The notes: generated by a model from the sequence alone, not told the origin. A stretch of DNA of 59,595 nt, filler included, from Sphacelaria rigidula (GCA_964200075.2; 9 parts of 9 records of this genome joined end to end with filler, not necessarily neighbours in it); one strand, 5' to 3'; shown: positions 40,183 through 53,149, counted from the whole stretch's first letter. Made by a program: numbers and translations.

Positions 40183-40477
40183 CGATTTGTCCGCTTTTCG
40201 TCCTTACTACCTCCGTCGCCCCCCGCGCCATCGCTGTCACCATCGGCGTCGGCGTTGGTGCCGGTGCCAGACTCTCCGTCCTCTAGCGAGCCTTTCGCCC
40301 TCGCCTTCCCCTTGCTTCTGGGAGTGGGGAGTTCTACGCGTGTGACGAGCTTGCGCCCAAACCTGGAGTTGGAAGTGGGGGGAAGCCGGAAACAGTCGAG
40401 TAAGAGCAGGATGAAGAATTCACAAAGGAAAGCATGGAGGAGGAGGGGTGGGGGGTGGAGGGCGCAACAACAATAAG

Positions 40478-40523
<46 letters not shown>

Positions 40524-43500
40524 GCAACAGCAACAACAACACACGACACACAACGACAACGATACAGGTGGTGAACAGAAAGAAAACAGTGAAGACGAAA
40601 AAGACAACACAAGAGAGAAAAAAAATCCGATCGGAATACACACGAAGTTTCATCACGGGAAAAGAAAAAAAACGGAGACCACCCCCAAACTTCGGTGACA
40701 AACCCACAGTGAATGGAGCACTACTTCTATGCACTGATTGTAGAGGCAAGATAAATTGGCACAGTCGACAGCGCGAACTGCAGGCACCGACCACCGGATT
40801 CCCCCCCAAACCGTACAATACAACGCAACACTCTGCACCTCCTGATCATTTTCCAGGACAGGCAATCAGCTCACCTGTTGGTCGTTACACTCTCTGCCGC
40901 CGGAGCCTCGGCAGATTCTTTCTCCACCGTCTCTCGGTCCTCGTAAGGGTCATCCTGGCCCACGATTCCTCTAGCCACCACGTTGCCAAGTTCGTCCGTC
41001 CGGATCCACTCCATAATTTCCTGCCGACGTCCGTGCGTGAATGAGAGAAACATCAGATCATCCGTCGAGTACCTTAGTCAGTTTTCCCGTGCATACAAAC
41101 AATAATACAGCGTGCGTCTATTTATTGACCAACGAAAAAAAAGATCGCCGCTGGAGAACAACCCCCCCCCCTCTCGGTTTTCCTGTATACTTTGCCGAGG
41201 CTCATCGCGAGAGAGCGTAACGATCGAGTCCTGTTTTCCTCTTTTTTTTTCTTATTCGTGTGTACATGTGCAAAGGCCAACGGTCCTCCGTTCTCCCCAG
41301 ATATACATGCTTCTGTTTGGGGTATAGATATTCTTCAGTAGCGGTGGTTTTGACAGAGGGTTTCGGTGGGCTCAACCCCCCCCCACTGCCTTGAGGACTA
41401 TGGCAAGCATGATCATGAGTACACCCCCCCACTGCCTTGAGCAAAGCTTTTCGAACGCCCGAGTAGCCTCCCCCCACATGACTGCCGTCAGGCGGCCTAG
41501 CCGAGCCTTGGGGTAATCGACACACGTATCCACTCGCGGGGTAAGTATTGGGTCAGGTTTTTTCCTCCCTTCAAAAAAGGAAAAAAAAAAGGGCAGTGGG
41601 GAAATTGTATGCTACTCATCGCAATTTTTAGCTGAGACCAAGCAATTTAGTTTACCGTTTTTTTTTCTTGTCTTCGCGGATGTGGTGGCTGAGAGTTCCT
41701 GCCCAGTAGTGTGATCTCTAAACACATCAGTCGCAACGTATTTCCTCGGCCTTGCTTCTTGTAGGGCCTCTTATGTGAAGCCCTGGTACGGCCCTATCTA
41801 CGCTAGTCCCGAGATGGTTTCCGGTCCTCAGGCTGGGGTCTCATGTCCGACCTGACTATTCTCGGTGTTTCTCTTCCTTTCTATTTTTTCCCTCTCTGCT
41901 CCCTTTTTTCGCTCGAGTTTTCTTGAAGCGAAGCGCATCCGTTTGTTTCATTGTTTACCTTGTGACCAACCACGACTGGGTGCTGGGATTACGTACGAGC
42001 GGAATCGGGTTGATTACGACACGATCTATCAACCTAACCGATCGACTAACTAACTAACCAACCAACCAACCGACGAAAAAAAACACACACACACACACAC
42101 ACCCTGGATAATGACAAACAGATTGCATTGAAAAAAACTGAGCTGCGTGCAGTGTATAATCTGTTGTCCGCAATAGTCGATACTGTGCGTAGGACACTTT
42201 TTTACAAATGCAATCCACTACCCAGGGTGTGAAAAAAAAATGGAACCACAACCACCGCCCGCCCTCCCGCCCGCCCACCTTCCGCTTCGCTTTGGTCGCC
42301 TTTTTTTTCGGACGCTTGGTGTACGTGTGCACGGGCTGCAGGCTCGGCGAATCTCGCCTGAACGTCTCGTCAAACCTTCATCCATGAAGTCAACGACAAC
42401 AACAACAAAAACAACAACACCGAAGGACAACGAGGGGCATTGGGTGAGAGGACGAGATGGAGGGCCGGGGGTGAGCGGGGTTGGGTGGGTGCGCGGGGAA
42501 GAGACGGGAACGAATTCATGACAGCGCATGTATGACGTACCATGTGTTACAGTGTATACGATCCCCCGGGGCTGATATTTGGGTGGGGGTGGTAAACCAC
42601 GTACGCTGGGACAGCACCGTGAGTACCGGTATGTGTTATAAATGGGGGGGGGGGGGGGTAGCGGTGAGGTCACATACGAGGGACGGGGCTCGGGCAGACC
42701 AAGGTTTTTACCCCCAGGGGAGGGGGTTCATCAATTNNNNNNNNNNGTGGGTTGTGGGGGGGGGGGGGGGAGATGTGGGGGCGGTGGGGTGGGGGGGGTT
42801 GGGGTTTATGGTGGGGGGGGGGGGGGGGGGGGGGGGGGTTAGCGGTGAGGTCACATACGAGGTACGGGTCTCGTGCAGACCAAGTTTTTCACCGCCAGGG
42901 AAGGGGGTTCATCAATTGAATCGGCGCGAATTCTTTATCGAATATGAGCTCAAGCCCCAGATGACGACCCACTCTACCGCTCCAAGGGATGTTAACCTGC
43001 TCTACCGTGGTGCCTTCATTTCTTGTAGCATTTGCATATGAAAATCCTTCGTATATGTCTATATATAGGCTGCTTGTATGTACTAAAGACACACGATACC
43101 AGACCTTCTTCGTCGGCCCAGAATGCTCTGTTTACAACTGCCCAGAATGGCGGTACTTCGGGGAAACTAACTTTTGTCCTCATTTAAGCGGGTGCGTGGG
43201 CCAGGCAACGTTTTTGACAGCAGCAGCCGGCGGCGATCATGCCAGGATTCACCTGCTCGGCAATATGATGGCGCAGGTCAAGTACAAACAGCTCAACATC
43301 CGTAAGTTGAATATCACCCCCCCTCAACAACAATCGCCTGGAGGTCAAGTCTGGACTGTTTCCTGGTGCCACAGTAGTGTTTGCAGTACTGCACAGGCGT
43401 ACGCTGTTTACCACTCCTGCTATTGGCAGCCCACGTGATGGGTTGTCAAACCCCCAACACTTGGAAAGCCCATCATCAACGGGTTTCGCTCTTTATAAAA

Positions 43501-44023
43501 TACGTATATATCGGTATAAGATAAGACGTGGTCAGGTGGTCGTCTCCCGCGTCGACATGTTTGTGTGCTGTTGACGGCTGGCGATCTACCCCCGGTACGA
43601 TAGCGGTGCTTTCAGGTCAAGATCTACATGCGGGTGATCATCAGCATCATGGAGTACAGCAACGCAGATCCTGGCTAAAGGACGGCATGCTGCTGTCTCG
43701 CATGGGGCCTAGGGAGTGAGCCCTGCTAGTCGTCGTATCCTTCACCCCAGAATATTTTTCTCAGAAAAGTGTTGTCTCGTGTATTCAGTTGCGTGCTCCA
43801 TCACGTAAGTTACATCGCCAACACAGGACTCGCCGCCATTCACACGCGATCCATCGCTTCCGTCTTGCAGTCGGTATAATAGTATAGCTTGGGGGGAGCG
43901 CTTTCCCACCAATATTTTGAAGGATTTTTTACTTGACAGGCGTGTCGTTTTGCACGTATCCTTTTTACGTGTCATTGTTCCTCAACCCTTACAGCGCCAG
44001 GAGCCTCAGATCGCTCCTAAATC

Positions 44024-44063
<40 letters not shown>

Positions 44064-45184
44064 AGACGAGACGCTGGGTGACAAGATAACACGCAATGAA
44101 AAAAAACAAATAACCCCCAGCCCAGAGACCANNNNNNNNNNCGAACATGCTCCGTCTCGAAAGGGATGCGTGGTCAATGGTCAAATGACTAAGGCAAGCA
44201 ACAAATGAGTACGCCCCCCGAACAATGGGCGAGAAACGGCGAATCCAGCCCTGTTGAAAACGTCAAACTACGCGCGTCAGGGGTAAGGGAATCTGAATTT
44301 CCGCGGAAGGGGGTGTTATCGGGGGTAAGTGAGTGAGATGGCCGTACACTTGAACCAAGATAGACCCAAATCGCTCTTTCACTTGCTATTTGAAGGGGGC
44401 GATCTGCCAGTTACGGAGGAGTCGGGCACAGTTTGCACATTTTTGCCATGTACGTCCAAGATCGCATTTGCGCCTCAGCTCATGTGCGAATGGTTGATGA
44501 CAGTCCCCAGTGCAACTTCAACTCAATGAGAGCGATAACGGAGAACCCCTCGCGATCTCTTGTCCTGTATTTTCCGAAAGACATCCTCAGTGGTTCACCA
44601 CAGGCAAACTATGGTCACTGGCCACCGGTTCTGGAGTCAACATCACTCATCATCTCTTTTGCACCGCCGGATGCCACCGCGGTGCCAGTATATATTTTCC
44701 TGAGACCGCTGTACTACTGTATGCAAACTGTCACCTACACTTTACTTTATGCATACAGCACAGGCAGTGCTGTAGTGTTCAAACTGCACGTTGTTCAAAA
44801 ATATTAACATCCTACTGTATGAAGGCGTATGAAGACAGTACAGACAGTCCAATCAGTCTGTACTAAATGGTATTGAACTTTTTTTTTTCAACTTATTCAT
44901 GAACTGAATGAAGACAGTACAGACAGTCCGTACCGTCCGTACTGCGCGTTGTTCAAACATGTTTCAACACCTTTCAGTATGCAGACAGTACAGACGGTCG
45001 TCTGCACTCTCTGTACTGCAACTTGTTCAAACCACTTTTTAGTATTGCACATGTTCGCACATATCCTGCAGGACTGCCAGAGGAAGAATTGCGCCGAAAT
45101 GAGGCCCAGCGATCACAGGGTTAAGCGCTCCAAACACGGTCGTATCAACGCCTGCCTTGCTAAGGCAAAGTGCTGTTCTCGCAC

Positions 45185-45230
<46 letters not shown>

Positions 45231-46161
45231 GGCGCGGGAGAATTTTTTTTTTTCTCGCGTGGTGTGACACCACAACAAAACAGGAGGTGGNNNNNNNNNN
45301 GTGACTGGAGTTCAGGCGGTCGCTCTCCCACCCCCCCCCCACCCCCCCCCCCCCCCCACGGCGCAACAGACCGGACGACGCGCGGTTTCAAGTATATCTT
45401 TAATCGCGCTGGTATCGAAATCCACAATCAATGGGCTGGTGTTATCAGGAGAGCCGCTCTTTTGACTTGTTCGGCCTACGAAACTCAGCAAGGAGGAAAG
45501 TCTCTTGCTCGCGAGGACCCCCATTCTACCCCTCGCGCATTTAGTGCTCCTCGATGTGATATATTGCCTTGTTTCTTGACAGGGTACCATGGAAAACAAA
45601 TAACAGGACAACCAGAAAACATCGCACCAGGACCCCCCAAAATAGGAAGCGCGTTCTGGAGGGGGGGGGGGGGGGGTTTTGGCGCCTCAACCCCCAAACC
45701 ATGAACTTGCTTGGGTCACATGGGGGCTTCCACATCAAAATGCCTTCGGGGGCTCCACCAAGTTGTGATGTGTGCGCGTATGTCTCAATCGTGAACACCT
45801 GCGACCGTCCTCGTGACTCACGAGCCCGCCCCCCACTGATCGCATGCGCTCACTTGCTAGGCCAGCCCTGGTAGTGAATCTGTATCAGGTCATCGGCGAT
45901 CCCTCGCCCATCTGCCTTTTGCCGTTTCTCTCCCTGCTGCCCCTCGCCATCCTCGGTCCCCACAGCCCCCGAGCCTTCCTCATCCTTCTCTAACGTGGCA
46001 CCGTTTCCGTCTCCTTCCTCTTTGTCCTCGAAACACAAGACTTTGGCCAAGTACCACTCCTGCTCCAGCGTGTTGAACACGTCCAATAGGTCTCCCATGG
46101 CCAGGGCTTGTCGCCAGGAGAATAGGGCGTCCCAGGCGCCGCGGAGCACATCGGCGGATAT
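40183..46161 (-). CDS. Four phase-compatible exons (46161-45854, 42375-42279, 41020-40875, 40362-40183) of a host gene with a Tudor-knot/chromo-barrel-like (Royal family) domain
   Basis: Spliced translation: WRQALAMGDLLDVF..EWYLAKV..IQIHYQGWPSK/FDETFRRDSPSLQPVHTYTKRPKKK..RK/EIMEWIRTD..NR/FGRK... All introns are GT-AG and the phases (2, 0, 2) match. Confidence 0.8.
40465..40540. repeat. (CAACAG)n/(CAA)n microsatellite inside an intron
   Basis: Read directly from the sequence. Confidence 0.9.
41396..41423 (+). mobile_element. 28-bp 3' fragment of the C-run-targeting LINE (subfamily B), with an 18-bp TSD
   Basis: CCCCCCCACTGCCTTGAG at 41378-41395 and 41424-41441 flanks GACTATGGCAAGCATGATCATGAGTACA. 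Confidence 0.85.
41860..42072 (+). mobile_element. Probable 3' end of a related LINE with an (ACTA)/(AACC)n tail
   Basis: Pyrimidine-rich UTR, then TTGTGACCAACCACGACTGG (compare GACCACGGCTGG in the RTE 3' end), then a tetranucleotide tail. Confidence 0.45.
44148..44213 (+). mobile_element. 3' fragment of the C-run-targeting LINE (subfamily A)
   Basis: Encodes APSRKGCVVNGQMTKASNK*, followed by GTACG-CCCCCCGAACA. CGAACA is also present on the left, next to the gap, consistent with a TSD. Confidence 0.85.
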
Positions 46162-46507
46162 CTGTCAGGAATGGGCATTGCGGTGTGATGCAATGCCAAG
46201 TCCATGCACGTGACGTAACGAAATGTATCCGAAGAAAAGGGAGAGGGGGGGGGGGGGGGGGGAGGCTGTTTTTTTTCTTGCTTTTGGTGTTTGACCGGGC
46301 GGGAAGGACACCCGTCTGAACCCCAGCCACGNNNNNNNNNNNNNNNNNNNNNNNNNNNNNNNNNNNNNNNNNNNNTTAATTAATTAANNNNNNNNNNNNN
46401 NNNNNNNNNNNNNNNNNNNNNNNNNNNNNNNTAATAATGATAATAATGGTGATGACAATCATAGAACTACGCAGTGTTATTCCTTTTCCATACTTCGGAG
46501 ACATTTA

Positions 46508-49447
46508 TGAATGATTGATTGGTTGATTGTCGCACTTCAACTGACCTCCCAGGGGTCCAGCTGTGGTCTCATGATAGACGTACCCAAGAAAAACGAAACT
46601 GAAACATGCTCTAAGGAATAACAAAAAAAAAGGAACAGGAAAAACAAAAAAAGAGGGGACGAACAGAACAACATAGCAGACTAAGTCGTGACAAAAAAAA
46701 AGTAATAAAAAGTCAACACAAGCAAGGCACAGACAGAAATGGCCGACCTAAAACAAGAAAAAGGAAAAGAAGAGGAAAGTACAAAGCAAATAAAATATAA
46801 TACAACGAAACGATGGAAAAAAAAAAGAAGAAGGAAAAGGCCGAAGGGATTCAGGGCAGCAGAGTAGATACAGACGCACACCAGTGAGTATCGCAGAGCC
46901 ACCGACTAAGGGCATAATCAACAACCGATATGAGAGGACAGGGGTTTCCGATTGGCAGCCCTCGACGCAGCAGCCTCTCGCTTGTGACGGCGATCTGATT
47001 CTCGCTTGTCCGCGCGTCGCCACGTGTCCTCAAACTATTCCGCTCCTTTTTCGACTTCAATATGCCATTTGCCCAGGTCCTTCGCCGCAGTGACCCAATC
47101 GTATGCATCGTTAACCTCTACACCATACGAACCACTTTCGTCGGGCTCCTTTGTGCGGAACAGCCCCTAGCGCACGTAGGTTCTCCTTTAGGGTATCCTC
47201 CCATTGCTTGGCGGGGCGGCCGACCTCCTTGGGTCCTCGTGTGGAAAGCCGACCGTTTATGACACGCTTGGGAAGGCGTGTGTCTTTCTGCCGGACAAGG
47301 GCTCCCGCGAAGCAGAGTTGACGTTTGCGGATAGTCGTCTCGATACGTTCACAGTTGGTCATCTCGAGCACCGCTCTGTAAGCAAGAATCTTGTAGCCAT
47401 TTCGATCGTTCCTGCGGAATCCAACCACTCGCAGCAAGAGCTTGTGATGGGCAGTGCGCAGACTGCCGAAGTCCTCGGGACGTAGCGTCCATGTGGCACA
47501 CCCATACAACAGAGCTTCCACCACCTCCGCTTTAAGTAGTCGAACTTTCAAGGATATCTCGGCGTTGGGTCGGTCGTAAAGTTGGGAGCTATATTTTCGG
47601 ATACGCGCCCACGCCGCGCTGATACGGCGGTTGATTTCGATGGACATTTTCGAATCCGCGCTGATAGCTCCAAGGTAGATGAACTTCCTCGTCTGCTTAT
47701 ACCGTTGACCAGCAGCTTTGATATCCAGGGTGGCCTCCGTGGGACTGGGTATTGACCGAAGGCGCATGGACTCTGTCTTGGTCTCGGAGACCTTCAGGCC
47801 GAATTCCTGGCAGGTCGGCACTATCACGGCCATCATTCGAGCAAGGCCTCCTGAGGTCTTTGAGGCTACGCCGGCGTCGTCCGCATAAAGCATTGCCCAC
47901 ACCGCGCGTCGCACCTTTTCCAGTGGTGTCTCTTCCACGGGTTCACCACCGACACCTTGTGGCGCATCATCTAGAAAGACCAAGTCTGAGACGATGAGTG
48001 GGTCCGCCGCAAACCGCTGGACGATCACTTCCGCCAAGCCTGCTCCGAACATGTTGAACAGCACCGGAGACGAAACGCAACCTTGTTTGAGTCCCTGGCA
48101 GACGTCGAACCACGCTGATAGTTCGCCACTATCTACCTGTACTCGAGCTCGCATGCGTCGTGAAACATGCGGATGATCGTGATCATTCGCGACGGGACTC
48201 CGAACCGAGCAAGCACTTCCCACAGAAGCGTGCGGTCTACAAAATCGTAGGCTTTCTGCAGATCGATGAAGCACATGTTTATTGGGATGTTGCTCACCCG
48301 TCGCAACTCCTGGAGTCGGCGTACTACAAACAGCATGTCTATGGTCGATCTTCGGCGCCTGAATCCACACTGCTCTTCCGGGAGGACATTTGTTTCCTCA
48401 CAAAAATCACCGAGCCTGTTGGCTACGACTTTGCGGAGAACTTTAGCAGTATGCGCCACAAGTGAAATGCCCCTGTATTGTAGTTACTACACTGGGTCCT
48501 ATCTTGTTTTTTGTGTAGCACTTTGATGGTGACATCTTTCCATTCCTGCGGCACTTCGCCAGATGTCCAAACCGCAGAGACGATGTCGTGGAAGTGGTAC
48601 AAAATGTTCGACGCCTCCCCGATGAGTCCAAGCTTCAGGATTTCAGCAGGAATACCATCCGGACCGGTTGCTTTGCCGTTCGACATGGCTCTCAGAGCCT
48701 CCACAGTTTCACTCGGGCTTGGTGGGTCTCCTAGTGGCAACGCTTTTGGTCGTTGAGTAATCTCCTCGATGATGGTGCGGTCGATACTTGCCGATACGGC
48801 GTTCAGCAATGTGGAAAAGTACCGTTCCTATCTCCCACTGATCAAACCACTGTCCCGCAGTAAATTGCCGTCCTCATCTCGTTTGTACTGTTCACTCTCG
48901 ATTGGTCGCCCAGACAATCTCCACCCTCCGTTGAGATGTCTGTACCATCCTCTCATGTCCCCCGCTCGTGTATGCTCCTCCAGTTCTCTAGCATACAAAT
49001 CCATATATTTGTCAACCCTAACTTGGATCACCTTTTTGATCTTTTTGCATGCTGTTCGCAATGTGCGCCATGCGCCTTTATGTCGAGATGACCCCAGTCT
49101 CACCGTTGATCTCGCTCCTTCTATCTCCATCCAAGCGAGTTCGAATTCCGTTCTGATTTCAGCATCCTCGAACCACCCCGGTATACGTGGCTTTCGGGTC
49201 AGACGGAGTACCACCTTCTCAGCGGCACTCAAGGGTACGTCGGCAAAGTTCGTAGCCAGTGAACTAACTGTATCACCAGGTATTCTCTGTTCGAGCTCGC
49301 TGATGATGAGCTGGGTGAGCTGCTCACGTCTGACGGGGTCAGATACTATTGCCCGTCTGTCGATCGGTGTACGCCCGGTTGGGATTCGTCCAGGTCTGAT
49401 GTGTGCGAAGCGACCAAGGAGCCGCACTGAGGCGCACACGATGATTT
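46508..49447 (-). mobile_element. RTE-clade LINE, 5'-truncated, with RT domain and (ATCA)n tail; frameshifted
   Basis: GKATGPDGIPAE, VPQEWKD, LPEEQCGFR, FIDLQKAYD, QGCVSSP, MLYADDAG, LLYGCATW. Closely similar to the 34875-37780 copy. Confidence 0.95.
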
Positions 49448-49663
49448 GCAACGCTCGTTGCAAATCGCCCCGGGGACAAAAAACGCATTGACAACATCAT
49501 CACACGGCAAGATCACCGTAGGCTCGTTCGCGATGTCACCGTCCACCTTCAACCCCCCAACTCGCCGGACTCTGACCACAACATCGTGTGCGCCTCAGTG
49601 CGGCTCCTTGGTCGCTTAGCACACAACAGACCTAGACCAATCCCAACTGGGCGTACACCAATC
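49448..49663 (+). mobile_element. Inverted piece of the same LINE (APE endonuclease C-terminus)
   Basis: The plus strand encodes KKRIDNIITRQDHRRLVRDVTVH..DSDHNIVCASVRLLGR. Its last ~80 bp are the reverse complement of 49363-49443. Confidence 0.8.
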
Positions 49664-49678
49664 TTTGGTTGGGCTTGA

Positions 49679-49795
49679 CCCTGTGGGGACGCATCGTCTA
49701 TTTTTTTTTTGTGAATCGGCATCATTTTGACTTGAAAATGACTGAAAATGATGCCGATTCACGAAAATAAAAATCGTCGATGGGTTCCAAGAAGG
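49679..49795. mobile_element. Short palindromic MITE, piggyBac-like
   Basis: TTGA|CCCT...GTGAATCGGCATCATTTT..AAAATGATGCCGATTCAC...AAGG|TTAA. Confidence 0.55.
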
Positions 49796-50374
49796 TTAAC
49801 AATCCTCCTGCGTGCTCCTAGCGTGCGCAAAACGTGTTTTCGTCGAAATCGGCGACATATAATGCCGATCTGAGGTCCACCAACGCCACACTTTGCCTAG
49901 GCAATCCGGTACACATTTTCCCTCCCTTGCCCCGAGGGCTCTCGGTGTGCTTAGGTTGCGTCTAGGGTTAGGGTTAGCGATAGTTGTAAAATGCGTCAAT
50001 CATGGATAGAATGTAACCAAACTCCGGTTAACGCACCTCCTTTCAAAGGTGGCGGTAAGCGAAGCCACTTGCGTTCTTTCGACCCTAATAATAGCGCCAG
50101 TAGTACCATTTTAATTTACACCGCCTGGGCGTGGCGACTATACATGTACTGAATGTGTGATGTAGGGAGCAATTTTGTGTAGAAGAGCTATTTTGTTACT
50201 GTACGGTGGTTGTTTTTTCTTGTGTTCTGTCGACATATCCGTCCGTCCTCCTTCTCGCCAAGAGCGACTTTTTGTGCTGTGCAGTGTATGATCTCTTCCT
50301 TTGTGTTGACTTTTTTTTTTTTGTCAGCCAGTTATTCGGAGAGAGCCACGTTCTCCCTCTTGGCATTTTCTAGT

Positions 50375-50465
50375 CGATTGATTTGATTGATATTTGCACA
50401 CATTTAAACATGTCTCCGAAGGGGTCCGGTCGTAGTCATCATCCACAAGATGAACGTACCCAAGG
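50375..50465 (-). mobile_element. Diverged RTE LINE 3' end
   Basis: GATTGATTTGATTG tail followed by GGGGTCC..CGTACCCAAG, as in the full-length copies. Confidence 0.55.
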
Positions 50466-51055
50466 AGAATGAGAAGGGTTAAATAAAGATTTGTTATAAT
50501 TAATTGATAGTTGAAGATTGTTTGAGGATGGGAAATGAGTTTTATTTATTTTTGGACAAGGGAGTATATATTTAATTTAATTTGAAATCAAACTGGGATG
50601 GATTATTTTTTTTTTAGGAGAAAGGGAAGGCAAAATCGGAGACACTCGCTACACAGGAAAACTTAAGACACAGAAAGGGAAGACGAAACAAAATAGAAAA
50701 TAGAAGATTATGATGAGAACGAAACGGAGTAAAACTGAAAGCAATACTGCAGCCTCTCCCCCAGAAAGACAAGGTTCAGTGTCAGATTTTGAGCTTGTCA
50801 CCCGTGATGTTTTTTTTTTTCCCACCTGCCAGGATTTCCACAAAAAAAAGTACAATGCAAATCGCGCGTGATTTTCCCACCTCCTATCATTCGAGATCAA
50901 CCAAGCCATCAAGGGTAGCCACTGCCTAGAGTGACGTCATGATAATGCACAAAAAACGGGTTACCCTTGTGTGCCCAAGCCCCCTCAAAGACGAGTCATG
51001 CTACGGTAGGGGTTGCACATTTGGGCCCAGCTCGTTCTCATCCAGGGGCTCCTAA

Positions 51056-51531
51056 GGCCGCTCCTTATAACAGACAATAATGAAAATCTGTGAAAGTGCC
51101 TTTTTTTAGCTTTTACGTCGTTTTATGCCCCAAAGGAGAGCTAGGCGGAGTTTGACGCCTTGGAATGTCTTGCTCTACTAGTTGAGGCGGCTCCAGGACA
51201 TCTTCCCGTTTTCCGGTGGCCGCAATTTTCATTTTGGGCGAACAAGAGTTTTTGTCCGAGAAAGGTAAAAAACACTCAAGTCCAGAGAGGAGTGTTTTTT
51301 TCTAGATTTGACTGTTTTTTACCTTTGTCGGACGAAAACTCTTGTTCGCCCAAAATGAAAACTGCGGCCACCGGAAAACGGGAAGATGTCCTGGAGCCGC
51401 CTCAACTAGTAGAGCAAGACATTCCAAGGTGTCAAACTCCGCCTAGCTCTCTTTTGGGGCGTAAAACGATGTAGAAGCTAAAAAAAGGCACTTTCCCAGA
51501 TCTTTGTTTTTGTCTGTTATAAGGAGCGGCC
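51056..51531. mobile_element. 476-bp foldback element, probably a PIF/Harbinger (Tourist-like) MITE
   Basis: Arms of about 230 bp are near-perfectly inverted. Termini are GGCCGCTCC...GGAGCGGCC and the flanks are TAA / CAA. Confidence 0.85.
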
Positions 51532-52267
51532 CAAGGTTAGGAGCTATTCAAGAATATGGGTCAGGATATTCCCGCTTTCAAATTCATTGGGGATATCCCT
51601 GGCCCATTGGAATGATAATGGTGGCGTGCTCTCACATACCTCATCATACGCCGTTTTTTGGATGAGATGGAGGGCTCCTGAGAATCCGAACATCGAGAAA
51701 TATTCGTGCACCCGTCTACCGTTGCACCACTCTACGTGGGAAGTATTGTGTCGTGGTGTGGCCGCTGAGGGGTTGTTGTAGCGCTTGTTTCGGAAACGAG
51801 CACGAGAAAAAACAGAGAATACATAACAAGACGGCAGTGAATATCTCTATAACAACAACCATCGTTCGCACGGGTGCCGCTCAAGGTCCGAATCTGATTC
51901 AAACAATTCACGGTTTGGACGAACCATCGCCGGTTCGAATCACTAAATCTACGATTTTTAAGGCTTGATTGCTCGAAAGAGAGAAAAACATTGACCGCTG
52001 GTCAAGAAGGTCCCCATGGAAGTTTTGTGCCATTCCACGTCCTCGGGCCGCGTGTACCTGGGTGTTGCGACGCTGAAATCAAAGTCCAAGGATTGATTCG
52101 TCCGGTACGAATCATTCACACTAAAATCAAGTAATTACCAGACGAATCATTGATTCGTCCGACCCTTGAAACAATCGCAGCATCCCGTGTGCCGTGGGGT
52201 ATACAGTACGGTACAGCGAATTAGTACAGCGCACAGCGCAGCGGAACACCATGTACAGGTATAATTC

Positions 52268-52560
52268 TCTGCCGCAATGCTTTGAATCCCTCGGGGGTTT
52301 TCCTCTCTCTTTTTTTATTTTTATAGATCGGCCAATTTTTTCTGTGCTTAGCTTCTGTTGACTTCTACTGGTTTTTTTTTCAACGTCGTAGTATACTATG
52401 TCGTTCTTCTGTTCAACCTTTTCTGTTCCTTTTTTTTCTTCAGCGAGTCTTCAATTTTTGTTTTTGTTGGGTACGACTCTCATGTGACCACGGCTGGATC
52501 ATGACTCCTGGGGGGTCAGTTAAAGTGCGACAATCAAATCAATCAAATCAATCAATCATT
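52268..52560 (+). mobile_element. 3'-only RTE LINE relic (UTR, stem-loop, (ATCA)n)
   Basis: GACCACGGCTGGA..CCTGGGGGGTCAGTTAAAGTGCGACAATCAAATCAATC. Confidence 0.85.
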
Positions 52561-53149
52561 CACAGCAGCAGTGCCGTAGTATAGTACACATAGTACGATA
52601 CAAGAAGCTGATGAGGAGCAGCGCTGCAAGGTTCTGCGACGTCGGTGATGCATTAATCTATGATTTTACTGACTGTATTTCACCCAAAAGACGACTGTGA
52701 CCGTGACCAGCCGTGAGTGTTGACAGTACAATGCATAGCACAGCCACTGGGCAGCAGAAGCAGGAGCAGCAGCAGTACAACAAGTGACGCGCATCACAGT
52801 CATGCATGATGTTATTATCTAGGCCAAAGGATATCGCGTGCTTTAATTTCCGTCACCTGTAGGCATGGGTTGACTGCCGCACATTTTCGTGCATTAACTG
52901 ACCTTCAAGGAGTGATTGATTCCTTCTCACTACCACCCTTGGCCCAGGCCGTGGTGTGGTACTNNNNNNNNNNNNNNNNNNNNNNNNNNNNNNNNNNNNN
53001 NNNNNNNTTAATTAATTAANNNNNNNNNNNNNNNNNNNNNNNNNNNNNNNNNNNNNNNNNNNNCCCCCCCCGACCGCCACGCAGGGGCCCGCCGGTCGCT
53101 CCGAGCGCCGGCCCCCCTCCCCAGCCCAACCCCCACCCCCCCCCCCCCC

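Noticed and set aside
42650..42917. Tandem duplication of an ~87-bp sequence after poly-G
   Set aside because: The two copies flank an N gap and G-run-degraded sequence, so this is most likely a scaffolding overlap artefact.
52608..52640. CTGATGA as a hammerhead ribozyme core (also near 5623 and 36992)
   Set aside because: There is no stem II followed by GAAA in the required arrangement.
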